64,000 bases of DNA. Origin: Torpedo marmorata. Its lineage: Eukaryota. Positions 63,205 to 64,000 of the stretch are shown one piece after another. Made by a program: the position numbers and the translations under genes. The notes under the pieces are model-generated. The model made no database searches and was not told the DNA's origin. It was given only the letters and a program-made list of their open reading frames with translations. How positions within the stretch are numbered: position 1 is the stretch's first letter; every line of letters begins with the position of its first letter. Location: NCBI GenBank assembly GCA_977017645.1, contig OZ360238.1, positions 52,390,001-52,454,000 of the forward strand. The letters are read 5' to 3'.

Positions 63205-63295
63205 AGCTGGAATCCTCTTTGGTCAAGGTTTCGAGTTCTGAAATGAAAAAGTCTGTGGAAAAGGAATCTCAACCCAAGACAGCATTGTCTGACAG
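63205..63295 (+). CDS. CENPT: Centromere protein T, coding exon 4
   Basis: aatag|AG CTG GAA TCC...GAC AG|gtatac; phase 1 in-frame ELESSLVKVSS (compare human APESSILM). Confidence 0.68.
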
Positions 63296-63404
63296 GTATA
63301 CAAATTATTTATTGCACAGAACTCTTCATTGATTTTTGCAGAACTTCTATTTAAAATTCCTCTTTTCGAGGCAGGATATGCTTTTCATAGGAAAGATTTT
63401 GAAT

Positions 63405-63940
63405 CATAGAAATGTTACGGCACCAAACGGGGCTATTAGATCCATTGAGACACAAATCCTACCCTTATTTTCCAAGGTGTATCACCTCACACCTACCAGA
63501 TTTAAGTTCCATCTGCAATTCCTCTGGCCACCTTGTCAACTGATCAGTATTGTCCTCTACCCTATGACTATTCACCTTTCAATCAAAAACACCACGAATG
63601 TTCATGTCATCTGAAAACGTACCAATCACGTGTCTTGCATTCGTATCCCAATTATTAACACAGAACAAACAGGAAGAGTCCCAGCATTGCACACCATTTG
63701 TCACAAGCTTCCAATCATAAAAATAATCTTTCCACAATTCCTCTCTGCCTCCTATTGCTGATCCAATGTGCCAACTCGCCGGTGATCTTGTGAGCTCGAA
63801 CCTTTTGGGACAATTTCCCATGTAGGACTTGCCAAAGGCCTTATTGAAATCCACGTAGACTAAATCAACCACCCTGCCCTCATCAATATATTTTGCTACC
63901 TCTTTGGAAAATTGTATCAAATTGATCAGACAGGGCCCCA
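63405..63940 (-). mobile_element. Old CR1 RT fragment
   Basis: CLINLIQF, VDLVYVDFNKAF, FSDD. Confidence 0.8.
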
Positions 63941-64000
63941 AGCAAATTCTCTCTCATCTCATTGAAATCAGTTCTCCATTTAAGAAGTTATACTTTTCGA

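Overview
Repeat-dense vertebrate genomic DNA, most likely from a cartilaginous fish (ray/shark-type CR1, Rex1/Babar, Penelope and V-SINE/HE1-like repeats; this is an inference). Host genes: an intronless THAP11/Ronin ORF (38173-38799, -), four phase-consistent 5' coding exons of CENPT (+, 51872-63295), and a CpG-island promoter at about 10.6-11.3 kb that by vertebrate synteny probably drives NUTF2 leftwards. All three promoters carry ZNF143/THAP11 ACTACA-N-TCCCA motifs. The rest is nested transposons: L1/Tx1-like, CR1, Rex1, Penelope, Tigger/Tc1/hAT/Chapaev3 DNA elements and solo LTRs. The most interesting signal is a Penelope-derived family carrying minimal hammerhead-ribozyme motifs. It occurs as a 6-copy, 81-bp tandem array just upstream of THAP11, as fold-back hairpin insertions that turn at the ribozyme stem, and as one TSD-bounded composite that apparently carried Rex1 and LTR cargo. 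Coordinates were read by eye and no alignment or folding was run.
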